63,285 bases of DNA, filler included, from Guillardia theta CCMP2712 (GCF_000315625.1; 3 parts of 3 records of this genome joined end to end with filler, not necessarily neighbours in it), one strand, 5' to 3'. Counted from the first letter of the whole stretch, positions 9,184 to 22,920 are shown. Notes: generated by a model not told the origin, from the letters alone. Numbers and translations: made by a program.

Positions 9184-12119
9184 TTAGATTCGTACTTGGC
9201 ACGTATGCAAGTTTACCTTGCTGCGGATGTGGTTTGATGGAGACGCTTCTTCTTGCAAGGAAACTGCAACAAGGCGTTGTTTGAGATCCTCCAACTTGCT
9301 GCAATCTTGATCTGAGCAGCACAGAGCAAGCATGCCCCTTGTCCTGGCCAGATCGAGTCACGTCAAGAGCACCACCAATGCGCTACACTCACTCCAGCAG
9401 ACTCACAAAAGCTTCAAGCCTGGAAATGAGCGCTGTCTCCTCCCCTGCTGCTTCCATAAGTCAGCATCAGCTGTGAACGGAATGTAAACCTCCGATCATG
9501 TTCATCGCCTCCAGCAGAATTCCAGGATTCGACTTGGCAGCTTCCGCTGCCACTTGTACAGATCCTCTCAACTTAGACTGGAGTAGACTCAGCATGGCCT
9601 CAGCTATCGTTCTTCGCTCCTCCTCCCCTTCCTCATTTGCTTCACTGCCTGCGCCATCGAATCTCTGAACCATAAGATGGAGAGCCGTCCGAAGACGATG
9701 AGGGTCTGTCTCTTCCTTGAGCATTCTCATCAAAAATGGACTGAGTAGCCTACGCAGAAAACGTCGAATCTTCATTCTGCTCATCCGCTTGGTCACAATC
9801 TCGACCCGCTGCCAGTCTCCCTCGGAACCCGACTCCTTGTCTTCGATATTCATCGCTACCGTGAGAAGAAAGCTCAACACGCTCTCTACTGGTTGAATGC
9901 TGCTGTCTGACAAAGCACACAACACATCGACTGCATACGCCATGACAGGAGGTGAAACTTCGGGGAGAACAAGGACATCGGAAAGTGCTGCCAGCATCTT
10001 ATCTGTGAGGGGTGCGAGGTAGTAGAGGAGTTCCAACGCAGCTGTCTGACAAGAGGCAGGAAGGCTTACAAAAGGCCCAGCCTGCATTTCACTGGCCCTC
10101 ATCTGAGCACGAAAGAAGGGAACGAGCAGTTGCTGAAGAGTGGCTCCTCCTCCGCACATTGTCTGGGCCGAAACGGAATGCTTCCCCTCGCCTGATACTC
10201 TCCTTGCCAACTTGCCGAGCAGGAGCAGGCAGTCCAGCGAGAGCTGGGGGTCGCGATCCTGAAGGGTCCAAAGCAGCTTTGGCAGCGCAGCGATCCAGCG
10301 GCTGGCATGAGGAGGAAAGGAGGTGGGCCATGTCTCCAGCTGCTGTGCAATGAAAGAGAGTCCAGCTCGCTTGAATGAGGAACGACTCTGCGACGCCTCC
10401 CAGCAAGAGGTGAAGCAGTCAAGAAGATCCTGCTCTACCGCTCGCTCTCTCCCTTCCATGCCGAGATACAAAACCTCATGTGAAGCATTTCGAACCAGCA
10501 GAAGCGAAACGGATGGGAGAAGCTCAGCTGCTGTCTCTGCTATTGCCTTGACAGTGGAGGGTGAAGGCAACGGATCTGCTCCTCCTCGCTTGCCACTGGC
10601 AGCTCGCGTTGATTTTGTCAGCACGATCCTCAGCTGCTCGAATTCATGTAGAGAGAAATTCAGCAAGTCCTGACGCATGTGGAAGTTACCACGTGAGATG
10701 AGGTCACAAGACAAGCAAGTCGTTGCGACAGACAGGATGGCACGGTTGAGAAACTTCAGCTCAGTTTGTGAGGCTGCTAGCAAATCCTCAGCTGCAAGAG
10801 GAAACTTGACAAGGAGCGAACCGACCGCTGAACCCACTTGACACTTGACAAGCTGCCATGGAGCCATCTTGGTCGGCACTTGTAGACGAATCTCTTGCAA
10901 GCAGCTGGCAGCTAACTGGAAAGTCCGAACCACCTGGATAGCTGAGCTGACAAGGCAGCGCGAGACGCGCGAGTCCGCAGCAGAAGAAGGGGACTGCAGA
11001 CTCTCCTTCCAGATCTGCTCCAAGAGAGGGAGAGAAGAGGAAAAGAAGCCCAGCAGCATGTAAGCACCCTCATGTTCCCTTGGCTTCTCATGCCTATGCC
11101 ATGAACACTCTCCCAGTCTCACAATGTTATACTCTTCTTCTCTCCATTCCAGCTCCCCTCCTGTCTCGTCCTGGTTCTTCTTTGGTTCTGAAGAAACTCG
11201 ACCTGCATCACCTCCTCCCTCCTTCGAGCTCCTTGGATCGGCTTGTTCTTTGCTAACGAGCTCAAAGAAAGAGCTCGCAGGCGGCCGACCCTCGAAGTTG
11301 GTCAAGGCAACAGCACACAAGAAGGCGTGCATGCGCTCAAGGATGAAGAGTCGATCTCTTGGTGAGATCGTCCGTAACCTCGGTGCTGACGACAGCAATC
11401 TCAGAGCGTCCTTTCTAGAGGAGGAGGAGGCGACGCTGATACCTCCTGCCACTTCCACTCCGCTCAGCATGTGGATGAAAATGGGGAGCAGCTGGGCAGA
11501 CAGCTGGCAAACTACCTTGGGATACTTGGGAACGAGGTCGTGAAGGAGCTCTAGAGCTGAGCTTCGGATCGACTCACTAATGTGTGAGAGTCCTCCACAC
11601 ACGTGAATTAGGTAGGCGTTGAGGTAGGGAGCTAGCACGCCTTCCTGCGCCTGACAGAGGACCAGGTTCATGAGCGAGCGAAGCTCTCCTCGCACCGCCG
11701 CATCTGCATCCGAGACCATCGATGAGATTCTGTCCAGCACAACTCCAACGTGCGAGGAAAGCAGCGAAGGATGGAGAGAGAAAAAATCCTTCACTCCCGC
11801 CACACATTCCTTCCTGACATTGGCACTGTAGTGCGAGGCGTGAGAAAGAACGTCGGCTAGCGTTAAGCCCCTGCTGTTGACTTCCTTGCCGCTCCTGTCC
11901 ACCGCAACTGACTGTCGAACAAGATTCAGCTTCTTTGATTGAATCGTTGTGCTCGTCTCATTCTCTTTCACAAGCTTTCGCCCTAACTTAACCTAAAATC
12001 CGTAAGTTCGTATTGTTCTCAAGGAGACGACGTACTTTCTTCTTCTTGAAGTCTGCAGGCTGCTTGTTCTTTGCTTTACCCTTACCCTTCTTCTTCTTGA
12101 TCCCCTGCAGGTCCGGCAT
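9184..12119 (-). CDS. TEX10: Pre-rRNA processing Rix1-complex subunit TEX10/IPI1 (3' end approximate)
   Basis: After removing intron 11993-12035 the N-terminus reads KQPADFKKKK|VKLGRKL..NETSTTIQSKKL, then LSHASHYSANVRKE and ..LSHISESIR..ALELL (Ipi1_N pattern). The body is HEAT-like. Confidence 0.85.
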
Positions 12120-12202
12120 GGCACCCAAGTTCCCCTACAAGATCACTACGCCACCGTGAAGCCACTGCACAAAGAAACTTTCTGCCGAAAACAAGTATCA
12201 GA

Positions 12203-13908
12203 GCAGCATGGGAGTAGAGCATGGGACTAGAGCATGGGAGTAGAGCATGGGTGTAGAGCATGGGTGTAGAGCATGGGAGTAGAGCATGGGAGTAGAGCAT
12301 GGGACTAGAGCATGGGACTAGAGCATGGGACTAGAGCATGGGACTAGAGCATGGGACTAGAGCATGGGACTAGAGCATGGGAGTAGAGCATGGGTGTAGA
12401 GCATGGGAGTAGAGCATGGGACTAGATCTGTAACTTTGTGGCACTCAAGTAGAGCATGGGAGTAGAGCATGGGAGTAGAGCATGGGAGTAGAGCATGGGA
12501 GTAGAGCATGGGAGTAGAGCATGGGAGTAGAGCATGGGAGTAGAGCATGGGAGTAGAGCATGGGAGTAGAGCATGGGAGTAGAGCATGGGAGTAGAGCAT
12601 GGGAGTAGAGCATGGGAGTAGAGCATGGGAGTAGAGCATGGGAGTAGAGCATGGGAGTAGAGCATGGGAGTAGAGCATGGGAGTAGAGCATGGGAGTAGA
12701 GCATGGGAGTAGAGCATGGGAGTAGAGCATGGGAGTAGAGCATGGGAGTAGAGCATGGGAGTAGAGCATGGGACTAGAGCATGGGAGTAGAGCATGGGAC
12801 TAGAGCATGGGAGTAGAGCATGGGACTAGAGCATGGGAGTAGAGCATGGGAGTAGAGCATGGGAGTAGAGCATGGGACTAGAGCATGGGAGTAGAGCATG
12901 GGAGTAGAGCATGGGAGTAGAGCATGGGAGTAGAGCATGGGACTAGAGCATGGGACTAGAGCATGGGAGTAGAGCATGGGACTAGAGCATGGGAGTAGAG
13001 CATGGGAGTAGAGCATGGGACTAGAGCATGGGGACTAGAGCATGGGAGTAGAGCATGGGACTAGAGCATGGGAGTAGAGCATGGGACTAGAGCATGGGAC
13101 TAGAGCATGGGACTAGAGCATGGGAGTAGAGCATGGGAGTAGAGCATGGGACTAGAGCATGGGACTAGAGCATGGGACTAGAGCATGGGACTAGAGCATG
13201 GGACTAGAGCAAGGGACTAGAGCATGGGACTAGAGCATGGGAGTAGAGCATGGGTGTAGAGCATGGGACTAGAGCATGGGAGTAGAGCATGGGAGTAGAG
13301 CATGGGACTAGAGCATGGGAGTAGAGCATGGGACTAGAGCATGGGACTAGAGCATGGGACTAGAGCATGGGACTAGAGCATGGGAGTAGAGCATGGGAGT
13401 AGAGCATGGGAGTAGAGCATGGGAGTAGAGCATGGGAGTAGAGCAAGGGACTAGAGCATGGGACTAGAGCATGGGACTAGAGCATGGGACTAGAGCATGG
13501 GACTAGAGCATGGGACTAGAGCATGGGAGTAGAGCATGGGACTAGAGCATGGGACTAGAGCATGGGACTAGAGCATGGGAGTAGAGCATGGGAGTAGAGC
13601 ATGGGAGTAGAGCAAGGGACTAGAGCATGGGAGTAGAGCATGGGACTAGAGCATGGGAGTAGAGCATGGGACTAGAGCATGGGACTAGAGCATGGGACTA
13701 GAGCATGGGACTAGAGCATGGGACTAGAGCATGGGAGTAGAGCATGGGAGCAGAGCATGGGACTAGAGCATGGGACTAGAGCATGGGACTAGAGCAAGGG
13801 TGTAGAGCATGGGACTAGAGCATGGGTGTAGAGCATGGGAGTAGAGCATGGGAGTAGAGCATGGGGGTAGAGCATGGGAGTAGAGCATGGGACTAGAGCA
13901 TGGGGGTA
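12203..13908. repeat. 13-bp satellite (AGAGCATGGGAGT/AGAGCATGGGACT), ~1.7 kb
   Basis: Read directly. One ~22-bp interruption at ~12426-12447. Confidence 0.97.
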
Positions 13909-14176
13909 GAAGCACCAGGGGCAGGGAGGAGCACGTGAAGTCATTTGAAAGGCAACGCCGAGTCACATAGCTAAAATCGGGAACGGACGGACAGATGTGA
14001 GCGCAAGGAAAAGGAGTGAAGGAGAAAGAAGAGGGAAAGGGACGACAGACAAGGTCAAGGATGTCCTGAGAGAAGGGGAACACTCACATGACAAGCAGAC
14101 GATGATCAGAGGTAGTGACAAGCAGACGATGATCAGAGACAAGCAGCATCGAGGCATCGTCGTTCATGCTCGTAAA

Positions 14177-15317
14177 ATGATGAGCACCTCTTACAACATC
14201 CTGCTTTCACTCTGCCTACTATTCGATCTGCCCTTGGGGGTTGTAGGGCTGGAGAGATTCGCTGCAGCTTCTTTCTTTGATCCGAGGTCGCTCAACGAGA
14301 CTGGTCTGCCTCTCAATGGCCTTGCGTGGGCTCAACACTGTGTCTCGCGATGCAGTGTCGCGTGCATGCAAGCAGACATTCCTCTGAGTCTTCTGCTGAG
14401 GATTTTGGATTGGGACCAAGACGAAGATTGTGCGTACAGGTGCCTGCATGCCTGCTTGGCCGTAGCAATCGACAACGGGGGTCGGATGTGGAAGTACAAA
14501 GGCAAGTGGCCCCACACGAGATTTCTTGGGATGCAGGAACCAGCATCGGTGTTGTTCTCATTCTTTAATGCTGTCAGCCATGTCTTAGGATTCAAGTTGT
14601 TGTTTGAAATAAGGAGAAACATGGTACGGACTGCTGGCAGCACAGTAGTTGATAGAAACCTGGTGGAGCACGTTGAACGGCTGCTAGCAATGTCCCTTTT
14701 GTGGGTTTCTGCCTGGATGGGTTCGATGGTGTTTCATTCACGTGACAACTGGGCAACAGAGAGGTACTCATTTCTACGAGACTGGCTGAAATTTTGATGA
14801 AGATATCTCAGGTTAGATTACTACCTTGGAAATGTTGCGATGGTGTGGATGGTCTACTCAGCTGTGATGCGAGCAGCCATCATCCATGAAGCAATCTCGG
14901 GTGTTACTACCCAAAGAGTTTTACAGCTGTCATTGTTTGGAGGAGTTATGGCACACATTATTTCAGGTTGGCACAAGATGAACTACTCCCAGAACATGCA
15001 GGTAATGATCGTCCTAATGGTTGCCAACACATGTGCTTGGCTTTCAGTTTGTCTTAAAATGAAACACAACTTTGTCAGGCTGTTCTACATTTCAACAGGT
15101 TTGTGAATTTGTTGCATCGAGATCTCATCATTAATTTTCAGGTTTGACATATGCGGCTGGTGCCCTAGAAATCTTCGATTTCCCGCCTGTCGCTGGGTCT
15201 CTGGACGCACATGCGGTCTGGCATCTTGCAACGCCATACCTTTCTTGGATGTTCTACAGGTTTCTAGCGCAAGATGCCATTGGGCTTGTCGAACAGCAGG
15301 CGAAGCGCGCCTCATAA
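14177..15317 (+). CDS. PGAP3: Per1/PGAP3 GPI-anchor remodelling protein (2 introns)
   Basis: Signal peptide, DEDCAYRC, KGKWPHTRFLGMQEPASVLFSFFN, SMVFHSRD..TER, EIFDFPP..LDAHAVWH. Confidence 0.92.
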
Positions 15318-16294
15318 ATCACAAAAGACTACAAGTTAAAAAAGTTGCAAGCAGCATGCCACGACCAACGTGTTTCTTTGGTAGATCTCTTCTATTGAAT
15401 GCTCGAATGATCAGATCACAAATAAAGACTTTTTACATAGTGTGAAACTGCGAAACAAAATAAGCGAACGAAACTCGGATAAAGTTGTGTGCACTACCTT
15501 CACGTTTTCCAACAGATGAAGAATGCAGAATTTCTTTTCACCAATAGTTGTGAAAGTCGAGTTGCAGAATTCCAAAGCGCTTTTACGTTGACCGTAGATC
15601 GATCGAAGGTTGTAGAGTTCCTAGAGTAACATATCACGAGAACTAAAAGCTTCAGAACTCGACGAGTGAAATCTAAGACTTCTAAATGGCGATCTCATGA
15701 AGAAAAGGAAACATACAAATATGTACCAAACTGAAGATTAATGCAAAATCGAATTTCAACAAACTCATCATTGTATCGAAATAAGTTGTCAGCGATCTGC
15801 TCATCCTCTACCGAAGTGAAAGCGACATGAAGCAAACACCACAAAAACGTCCCCTTTGCCCTTACTTTCTGATCCTCGCTTCAAAGCTCTCACAACCGCT
15901 CATGACATTGCCCTTGCCAAACAACTACTCGCTTCACTCGCGCAAGAATAGGCATCCAATATCGCCATTGCAGTGCCTCACCTGTCCCATCTCTTGCTAT
16001 GAAACTGTTTCCCTCCTCCCCCTTACTATACGGCTGAGCCCTCCTCCCTACATTGCCATGGTGCCTCCCCGCCTCCTCGCATTGCCATGGTGCCTCCCCG
16101 CCTCCTCGCATTGCCATGGTGCCTTGGCTCCCCTCTCCTCTCTTACCTCCATCTGCTGCTCCTCCGCGAAGTGCGCAAGGCTTGCGAACATGGCTGATCT
16201 ATTTTGGGACCACTTTCCGTTACAAAGTCGTTACAAAAGCAATTGCCTGCGAGTGGGCCCGCCACTGAGGAGTATCGGAGAGTTTTATCGCACC

Positions 16295-19200
16295 ATGGCC
16301 AGAGCTCGCAGCCTGCTGGAGGGAAGCGACGGAGGTGCGATGGCTCGGCTGCTGCTGGAGGAGGGGAAGAAGAATCTGAGAGATGCTGCTCTAGCCGGTC
16401 AAGACCTCAGACTCCTCAAGGCCTCCTTTGCTCTCCTCGATGCGGCTGACTTGAGCTCAGCTCGACTCGACGACGCCGATCTGTCGGAAGCCTCTGCTCG
16501 AGGGTGCCGGATGCTGAAGGCGCAGGCTAGTGGGGCGAGGCTAAGAGGCGGAGACTGGCAGGGGTCAGATTTTGAGGGAGCTCAACTGCAAGAAGCGGAT
16601 CTATCGGGCTGCAACTTCAAAGACTGCAATTTTACCAGCGCGCATATTGCAGGTGCAAGTTTGAGAAGCAGCAAGGTGGATGGCTCGAGATTTGAGGAGA
16701 TTGATCCTCGAGCACAGAGATGCGATTTGTCTTTCGTCTGCCTGTCAGGCTTGTCGCTCAAAGGAATTGACTTCTCCGGTTCCTGCATGGAAGGCGTGGA
16801 CCTCTCCGAATGCCTTGTGGAGCAGTGCGACCTGAGCAGGGTGAAGCTTGTCAAGGCAAACTTGCGGGGATGCAGATTCCTCGACGTGAAGCTGACCAGA
16901 GCAAATTTGTCGCATGCTCGAGCAGCTGGTTCGAGTTTCATCTCGTGCGATTTGAGCCATGCAGAGCTGGACGACGCGGATCTGAGGTACTGGAGGAAGC
17001 GGTAATGGTGAGAACTGACAAGACCACAACAACAGCAGCGCGACTCTTCGCTCCTCACTGTTCAGCGTCTCGGCTCAAAGAGCAACTCTTGTCCAGGTGG
17101 ATGCCTGCGAGAGCATCTTGGAATCATGCAACTTGTCAGAGAGTGACATGCAGGGTGAGCGTTGACGCCCATGCCACTTTCTGCAGATCTTATTCCCCCC
17201 ATGCTCAGGTTGCACGCTGGACAGAGCGCAAATGAGAAGGGCCAAGTTGAATGGGACGAGGATGGAGAAGAGTTCCTGCATAGCTGCTGACTTCGACGGC
17301 TCGGAGGGAGAAGGACTACGTGCGATGGTGATGTCAATTCGGATCTCAACTTTATTCTCTTGTCTCGGCGCCTCTTCACTTCTTTTCTGACTTCTGTCCA
17401 CCAGAACTCAAACTTCTCCTCTGCTCATGTGACCAACTGTTCCTGGCGATCTGCCAAGCTCATGGGCTGCGACTTTTCGCACGCTCACTTGTACTCCTCC
17501 GACTTTTCGCATTCGGATCTGCAGGAAGTGAGACTGATACCTACCTGCCACTCTTCCATCCCCCTCTTCTATCTCCCTCCTCTATCTCCCTCCTCTATCT
17601 CCCTCCTCTATCTCCGCCTTCTTACTCCCTCCTGCTCTGCTTTGTCATCAGAATGTGTCCTTGTCCTCTCCTCCGTCCCAAACTCTGAGTTGCCAGCTGA
17701 GTCACAACAGCAAATCCTTCCTCTCCTCCGTCCCAATCCGACTCTTATTTCCTTCACCTCTCCATTCCTCCTCTCTCTGTGCTATCGTGCTCCTCTCGTG
17801 CACTCCATCTCTCCTTTACAGTATCTTGCCCTTCATTTTCCATTCACTCCTCTTCCCTCCTCCCCCTAGTCTAGTCTTCTCTCCTCGCTCCCCTCTGGTC
17901 CGTATCTCCTCGCCTGATTCACTCCATTCCACTTGCATGTGCATATTCTGTTCACCTCACCTGACCATGCGCAAGGCTCTTATCTTGCAAGCCTTGTGGG
18001 TGTACGAGCAACAAGAGGGCGAGGAGGGACCATCGCATGGGTCGGCACGAGAAACGCCCAGACCAGCGGAGCTTTCTGGGGCAAACCTGCAAGGAGTGGA
18101 TCTAAGAATGACGAACTTGCGAGGGGTCAGCATGCACAGAGCGCGCATGGCGTATGCGAACTTGGAGGGCGCGAGGATGGAGGAGGCGGACTGCTCTCAT
18201 GCGGACTTGACAGGCGCTTGCTTGACTGACTTGCGAGGAAGCAATGTGAAGGGAGCAAAGCTGCGGGTGATCGAGGACGTGGGGATGAACTGTTGATGCT
18301 GAGAAGCTTCTAGGGATGCTTCCTGTCCTCTACTGCCCTCCAGCTTGGCGCGCTGGAAGAGACGCACCCGGACATGTCAATGGTCCGGATGCCGAACGTC
18401 AGCATGTCAAACAAAACTTTCGTGTCGAAAACCTTCGATCGAGCTGATCTCAACCAAGTTGACTTCTCCTTGTCGAGCTTTCTCCGGTAAGTTGCTCTCT
18501 TTCTCACAGCCTGTTCATCATCCTACATAGATGCTCCTTCGTCCGCGCGAAGCTTGGAGGAGCAAAACTTGACAACTGCGTGCTGGAGGACTGTCGCCTT
18601 GACGGAGCTGACATGACGGACGTGAGCATGGATGGCGCAACCTTATCGTCTTGCTCCCTGCTTGACGTCTCCCTTGACCGAGCTCGCGTCCGTCGGTCTG
18701 GACTCCAGCTGACTAGCTTGACACGGGCAGAATCGAAGGGTGCGATCTGGGAGGACGTGGAGCTGCGAGAATGCGACCTATCCTGTGCTCGGCTGGAGGG
18801 CTCGTGCGCTTTCCAGTTCTCCGTGTCCTATCTGACTGCAATCGCAGAAAGTTCGCGAGGTCGAGGCTTGAGGGCGTGAACATGCGGGAAAGTGACATGA
18901 GGGGCTGCCAATTCGATGCCTGCGATGTCAGCGGGGCCTCGTTTGCGCGATGCGACCTGCGAAGGTCTCGATGGACAAGGTGAAGCTGTGGAAAGAGCAG
19001 AGCAGAGGCGAGAGCAGAGAAGCGCAGTGCCGAACAGAGTAAGGGGGGGAAGAAGAGGGAAGAAGAGAAGAGAGCAGAGCAGAGTAAGGGGGGGGGGAGA
19101 AGAGGGAAGAAGAGAAGAGAGCAGAGCAGAGTAAGGGGGGGAAGAAGAGGGAAGAAGAGAAGAGAGCAGAGCAGAGTAAGGGGGGGAAGAAGAGGGAAGA

Positions 19201-20110
19201 AGAGAAGAGAGCAGAGCAGAGTAAGGGGGGGGGGGGAGAAGAGAAGAGAGCAGAGCAGAGCAGAGCAAGGCTAACTCTGAGCTCCTTCAGCTGCAAAGGT
19301 TCTCGGGCTCATCTAGAGTTTGCCGACATGTCGCAGAGCTGGTGGGAGGAGTCCGACTTGAGCGAAGCGTTCCTTGCCGGGGCTGACCTGCGGGAAAGTC
19401 GCCTGCGAGCTGTCAAGGTGGAGCGCATCGTGTGGCAGGTAGAAGCGGAGGCGCGAGGGGATGGGAGAGGTTGAGCACGAGGTTTGACGGCAGGACGGCA
19501 ACGTGAAATGCGATCTGTCGCGGGCAGACCTGGAGGGGATGGAGATGGAGGGGGCGAACCTCGCAGGCGTGAGACTGGAGGAGACGAACTTGAGGGCAGC
19601 CGTGCTGCGAGGAGCCTTGCTGGTGAAGAGCAACCTGTGCGACGCCAACCTCTGGTGAGTTGCATGTGAGGGAGGTCAGACGAGGATGAGAAAGATTGAC
19701 TACTTTGCAGCGCTGCCTGCCTGGACCAGGCAAATCTTGCAGGAAGCGACTTGACTGGAGCAAGGGTGTCGTGTGTGTCGCTCAATGACGCAAACATACA
19801 AGGAGCAAACTTGACGCGGGTTGTATGGAAGAGAAAGGAGGAGGAAGAGGAGGTGAAGGGGAAGGAGCTGGAACTGAGTGAGGACTTTATCAGAGCGAGA
19901 GGAGCGAACTTCACAGGGGTGGATCTGACTGGCGCAGACTTGAGCATGGCAGACCTGACAGGCGCCATGCTGAATCACGCTGACCTCACTCGCTGCAACC
20001 TCAAAGACGCTGTCCTGACCAACACGCAGCTTTTTCATTGTGACGTCGAGCAAGCGGTGGGGCTGTCCATGAACTCAATCTTGCAGCTCCGCGAAAACAA
20101 TCAGACATGA
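16295..20110 (+). CDS. Large multi-exon pentapeptide-repeat protein
   Basis: A(D/N)LxxA repeats in many exons (ADLSSARLDDADLSEA, ANLQGVDLRMTNLRGV, ANFTGVDLTGADLSMADLTGAML). Start and exon boundaries are approximate. Confidence 0.85.
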
Positions 20111-20706
20111 AGAGAGCACGAGCCACCGGTCTTGAGAAGAGAAAGACTTAATCAAGAGATAGGATGTAATAAGCAGCAACGATAAAGTATCAGATGTGCT
20201 CTTACAATCTTCCTTGCTGTACATTCGACTGAGTGAGATCACCAACATATATTTGTATCAGATAAGATTCAATGTAAGCGAATGCCATCTTCCCTGCTGT
20301 TCTTGCTCTCCCTCAACTTGACTGCCCTTTCTCTCCTCATCATTCGTTCTCGTGTTCCTTGGAGGGAACATTTGAGACCGTGACAGCGCGCAATGAGCTG
20401 TAGATCTGAGCCAGTCACCAGCTCCTTGACCATGGGATGTGATGCACTTGTGAAGGATCAGCGAGTGCGATACCGTATTCACGAAGAATGTTTGGAGATG
20501 AGTGCGATACCATATCATGATGAAGAAAATCAGCGCGATACTGCATTGATGAAGAATGTTAAAAAAATGTCCAACCTTGAAAAACAGTGGTGAGTTCAAG
20601 GACACAGGAGAAACAAGCGTTGACATGACATGAGATGGTTTCAAGGTTTTCAATTCAAAAGGATTTACATCAATCAAGCAAACTGAACATGTTTCAGCCT
20701 CCGATC

Positions 20707-21570
20707 TCAATTGAAGGGAGCTCGCGATGCAAGGAGGCCGAGGGAGTAGGATAAGGCAAGAGGGCTGCTGGACGACGGCAGAGACGCGTTGAGACTCATT
20801 TGGAGCGGGAGCAGAGACTGGAGTGACTGCTGTTGAAAGAGCGTCGCAGGCATGGCCTGACCTGTACAGTTGGCCTTGTACAGCGCCAGACTGAGGAGAA
20901 GAGGATTCGCCAAAAGGGTTCCTCTTGCATCACAAGGCGTGATTACACTCGGTTGCAAGACGGGAAGTTGCATGTCTTGAGATCCTTCGAGTCTTCGGGG
21001 GCTGTGAACAGCGGCGTCGCTTCTTGCTGCTGCTTCCGATTTCTTACTGGGTCCCTCCGCGTCTTCGTCCGACCCTCCAGCTGTTCGCCGCATGACTTCA
21101 TCCTCCGTCCAAAGATGTCTCGTAGCTTCAGCCCAGCTCCTACCGCTCCACACGTCTCTGATAGTCTTAGGTGTAACTCCGTACCTCGGAGCTACGGCCT
21201 TGCAGTGAAGCATGCTTCCTCGTCGCAAATTTCCGCCTTTGCAGGCTATCGGCCTCAGTTTATAAATCTCCACAGCTTCTTCTGCAGTTAATTGTTGTCG
21301 CTTGGAGCTGGCAGGTTTAAAGGGACGGCGAGAACCGCCAATCTCTGTGCTCATGTTGCTCGCTGCGCGATCTGACGGGACGGAGTGCTGGATGTTTGAA
21401 GTTTGAACAGCCTGTCGCAGCAAAGAAAGCGCTTCCTCTGACACCCCCGCAGTCTTAGCGAGTGCAGACAAAGCATCCTCTATCTCCTTCCCAGCATCGC
21501 TGTCTTTCTCATAAATGCTGCCTCCATCACTTGCAGAAGGCCCCTCAAGATGAGAAGAAACGCGATTCAT
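20707..21570 (-). CDS. Hypothetical protein with an HTH-like DNA-binding motif
   Basis: RQQLTAEEAVEIYKLRP...VAPRYGVTPKTIRDVWSGRSW fits a helix-turn-helix pattern. The flanks are low complexity. Confidence 0.6.
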   Translation of the reverse strand: MNRVSSHLEGPSASDGGSIYEKDSDAGKEIEDALSALAKTAGVSEEALSLLRQAVQTSNIQHSVPSDRAASNMSTEIGGSRRPFKPASSKRQQLTAEEAVEIYKLRPIACKGGNLRRGSMLHCKAVAPRYGVTPKTIRDVWSGRSWAEATRHLWTEDEVMRRTAGGSDEDAEGPSKKSEAAARSDAAVHSPRRLEGSQDMQLPVLQPSVITPCDARGTLLANPLLLSLALYKANCTGQAMPATLFQQQSLQSLLPLQMSLNASLPSSSSPLALSYSLGLLASRAPFN

Positions 21571-22891
21571 CAGAAATATCGTCTGCCCTCGAAACCAAAG
21601 CAAAGGCGAGCACCAGAGGTCAACAGAATACAGTCTGACGCTAAGATATGTAACAGGAGGGCTGAAAGTTAGAAGCAGCAATTGAAAGTTAGAAAAGCAA
21701 TTGTCAAGGTAAATGCAAACGTGCTAACGCGACAGGAAAACCCTAGAGTGTGTCTTGAAACTAAAGCACAACAGCAAAGGCAGAAGGGGCGATCGGAGGG
21801 AAGAGAAGGACTATGGGAAGGAGGAGGATGGAGAAGGAAGCAGACGAAGAAGGGGAGGAGCAGTAAACGATCGGGGAGGAGCAAGCGGGGACAGGGCCGT
21901 GTGTTGCTAATACAAGGAGGCCATTCACAGCTGCCCACTGCGCATGAACAAAGACGGACGCGGACGCACAAAAATAGTACCCCCCACCCCTTCCTCTGTC
22001 GATGTTGAATTTGACAGGGGTGGTATAAATGAGGGGGTACCAATCACGTAGGGGTACTTTATTGAGTGTGAATTACATTATTATAGGGGTCACAGAGTGG
22101 GTGGCTAAGGTACCGGTACTGGCTGCCATGGGTATGTTCATGTACTACCCCTTCCATACGACCACCACCCACCCACCCACCCACCGACCCAAGTTTTGAT
22201 CCTACCGATGTCCCTCGAAACTCCAGGGCTGTTGGGAGGTATCAATGTGGACACATTGGTTTACTCGTATTGGGTCCTAGCAAGATAGGACCATATCCTT
22301 AGGCTTGTGTCCCCAGACATTTCCTTGGACCTGGGAGATAGGAAAAAGTCTTAGGGTATTACGATCACCTATTACCAGGTACCCCATAGATGAAGATCTG
22401 ACCGAGAGTTGTGTTTGCTAGGGGGTAGGGTGGAAACGGAGGCGCCCCTCCCAGATGGTGGGGTGATCACGGTAGAAAGAACGGGTAGTGCAATCCAAGT
22501 TGGGATGGAAGGCATTGCTCTGTCCCCCCGTGACCAATATATTATAATAATTATATATATGAGGGGTAGTGGGTGGTGGTGAATGGTACCGGAGTATAAG
22601 GAAAATGGATTGGGGTGGGGTGATCGAACTAGGGACCTAGGGATCGGAAGGGGTACATAATTTTAGGGATTGAGGGTACAGGAAAGGAACACCTTCGTGA
22701 CCCACCTCTTCATTGATCACCCCTTCATTGATAGTCAAATACACCGGTACTCTCATGGGTGCCATGACATTCGATGATATAAGAACGAAAAAAAAGAAAG
22801 AAAAAGAAAAAAAGAAAATCTGATGACTAGGATGCATGTGTAGTAAACTTGAGCCTCTCCAGGTCTCCTCTCAGTAACCTCCCATTTGGTT

Positions 22892-22920
22892 GCCGGGCCC
22901 GGGCCCGGGCCCGGGCCCGG
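22892..22920. repeat. (GCCCGG)n self-complementary microsatellite
   Basis: Read directly. Confidence 0.9.

Noticed and set aside
12082-13016. Repetitive ORFs (MLYSHALLPCSTP…), and similar ORFs in the 45.3, 49.6 and 50.6 kb arrays
   Set aside because: Translations of stop-free satellites, with no evidence of coding.
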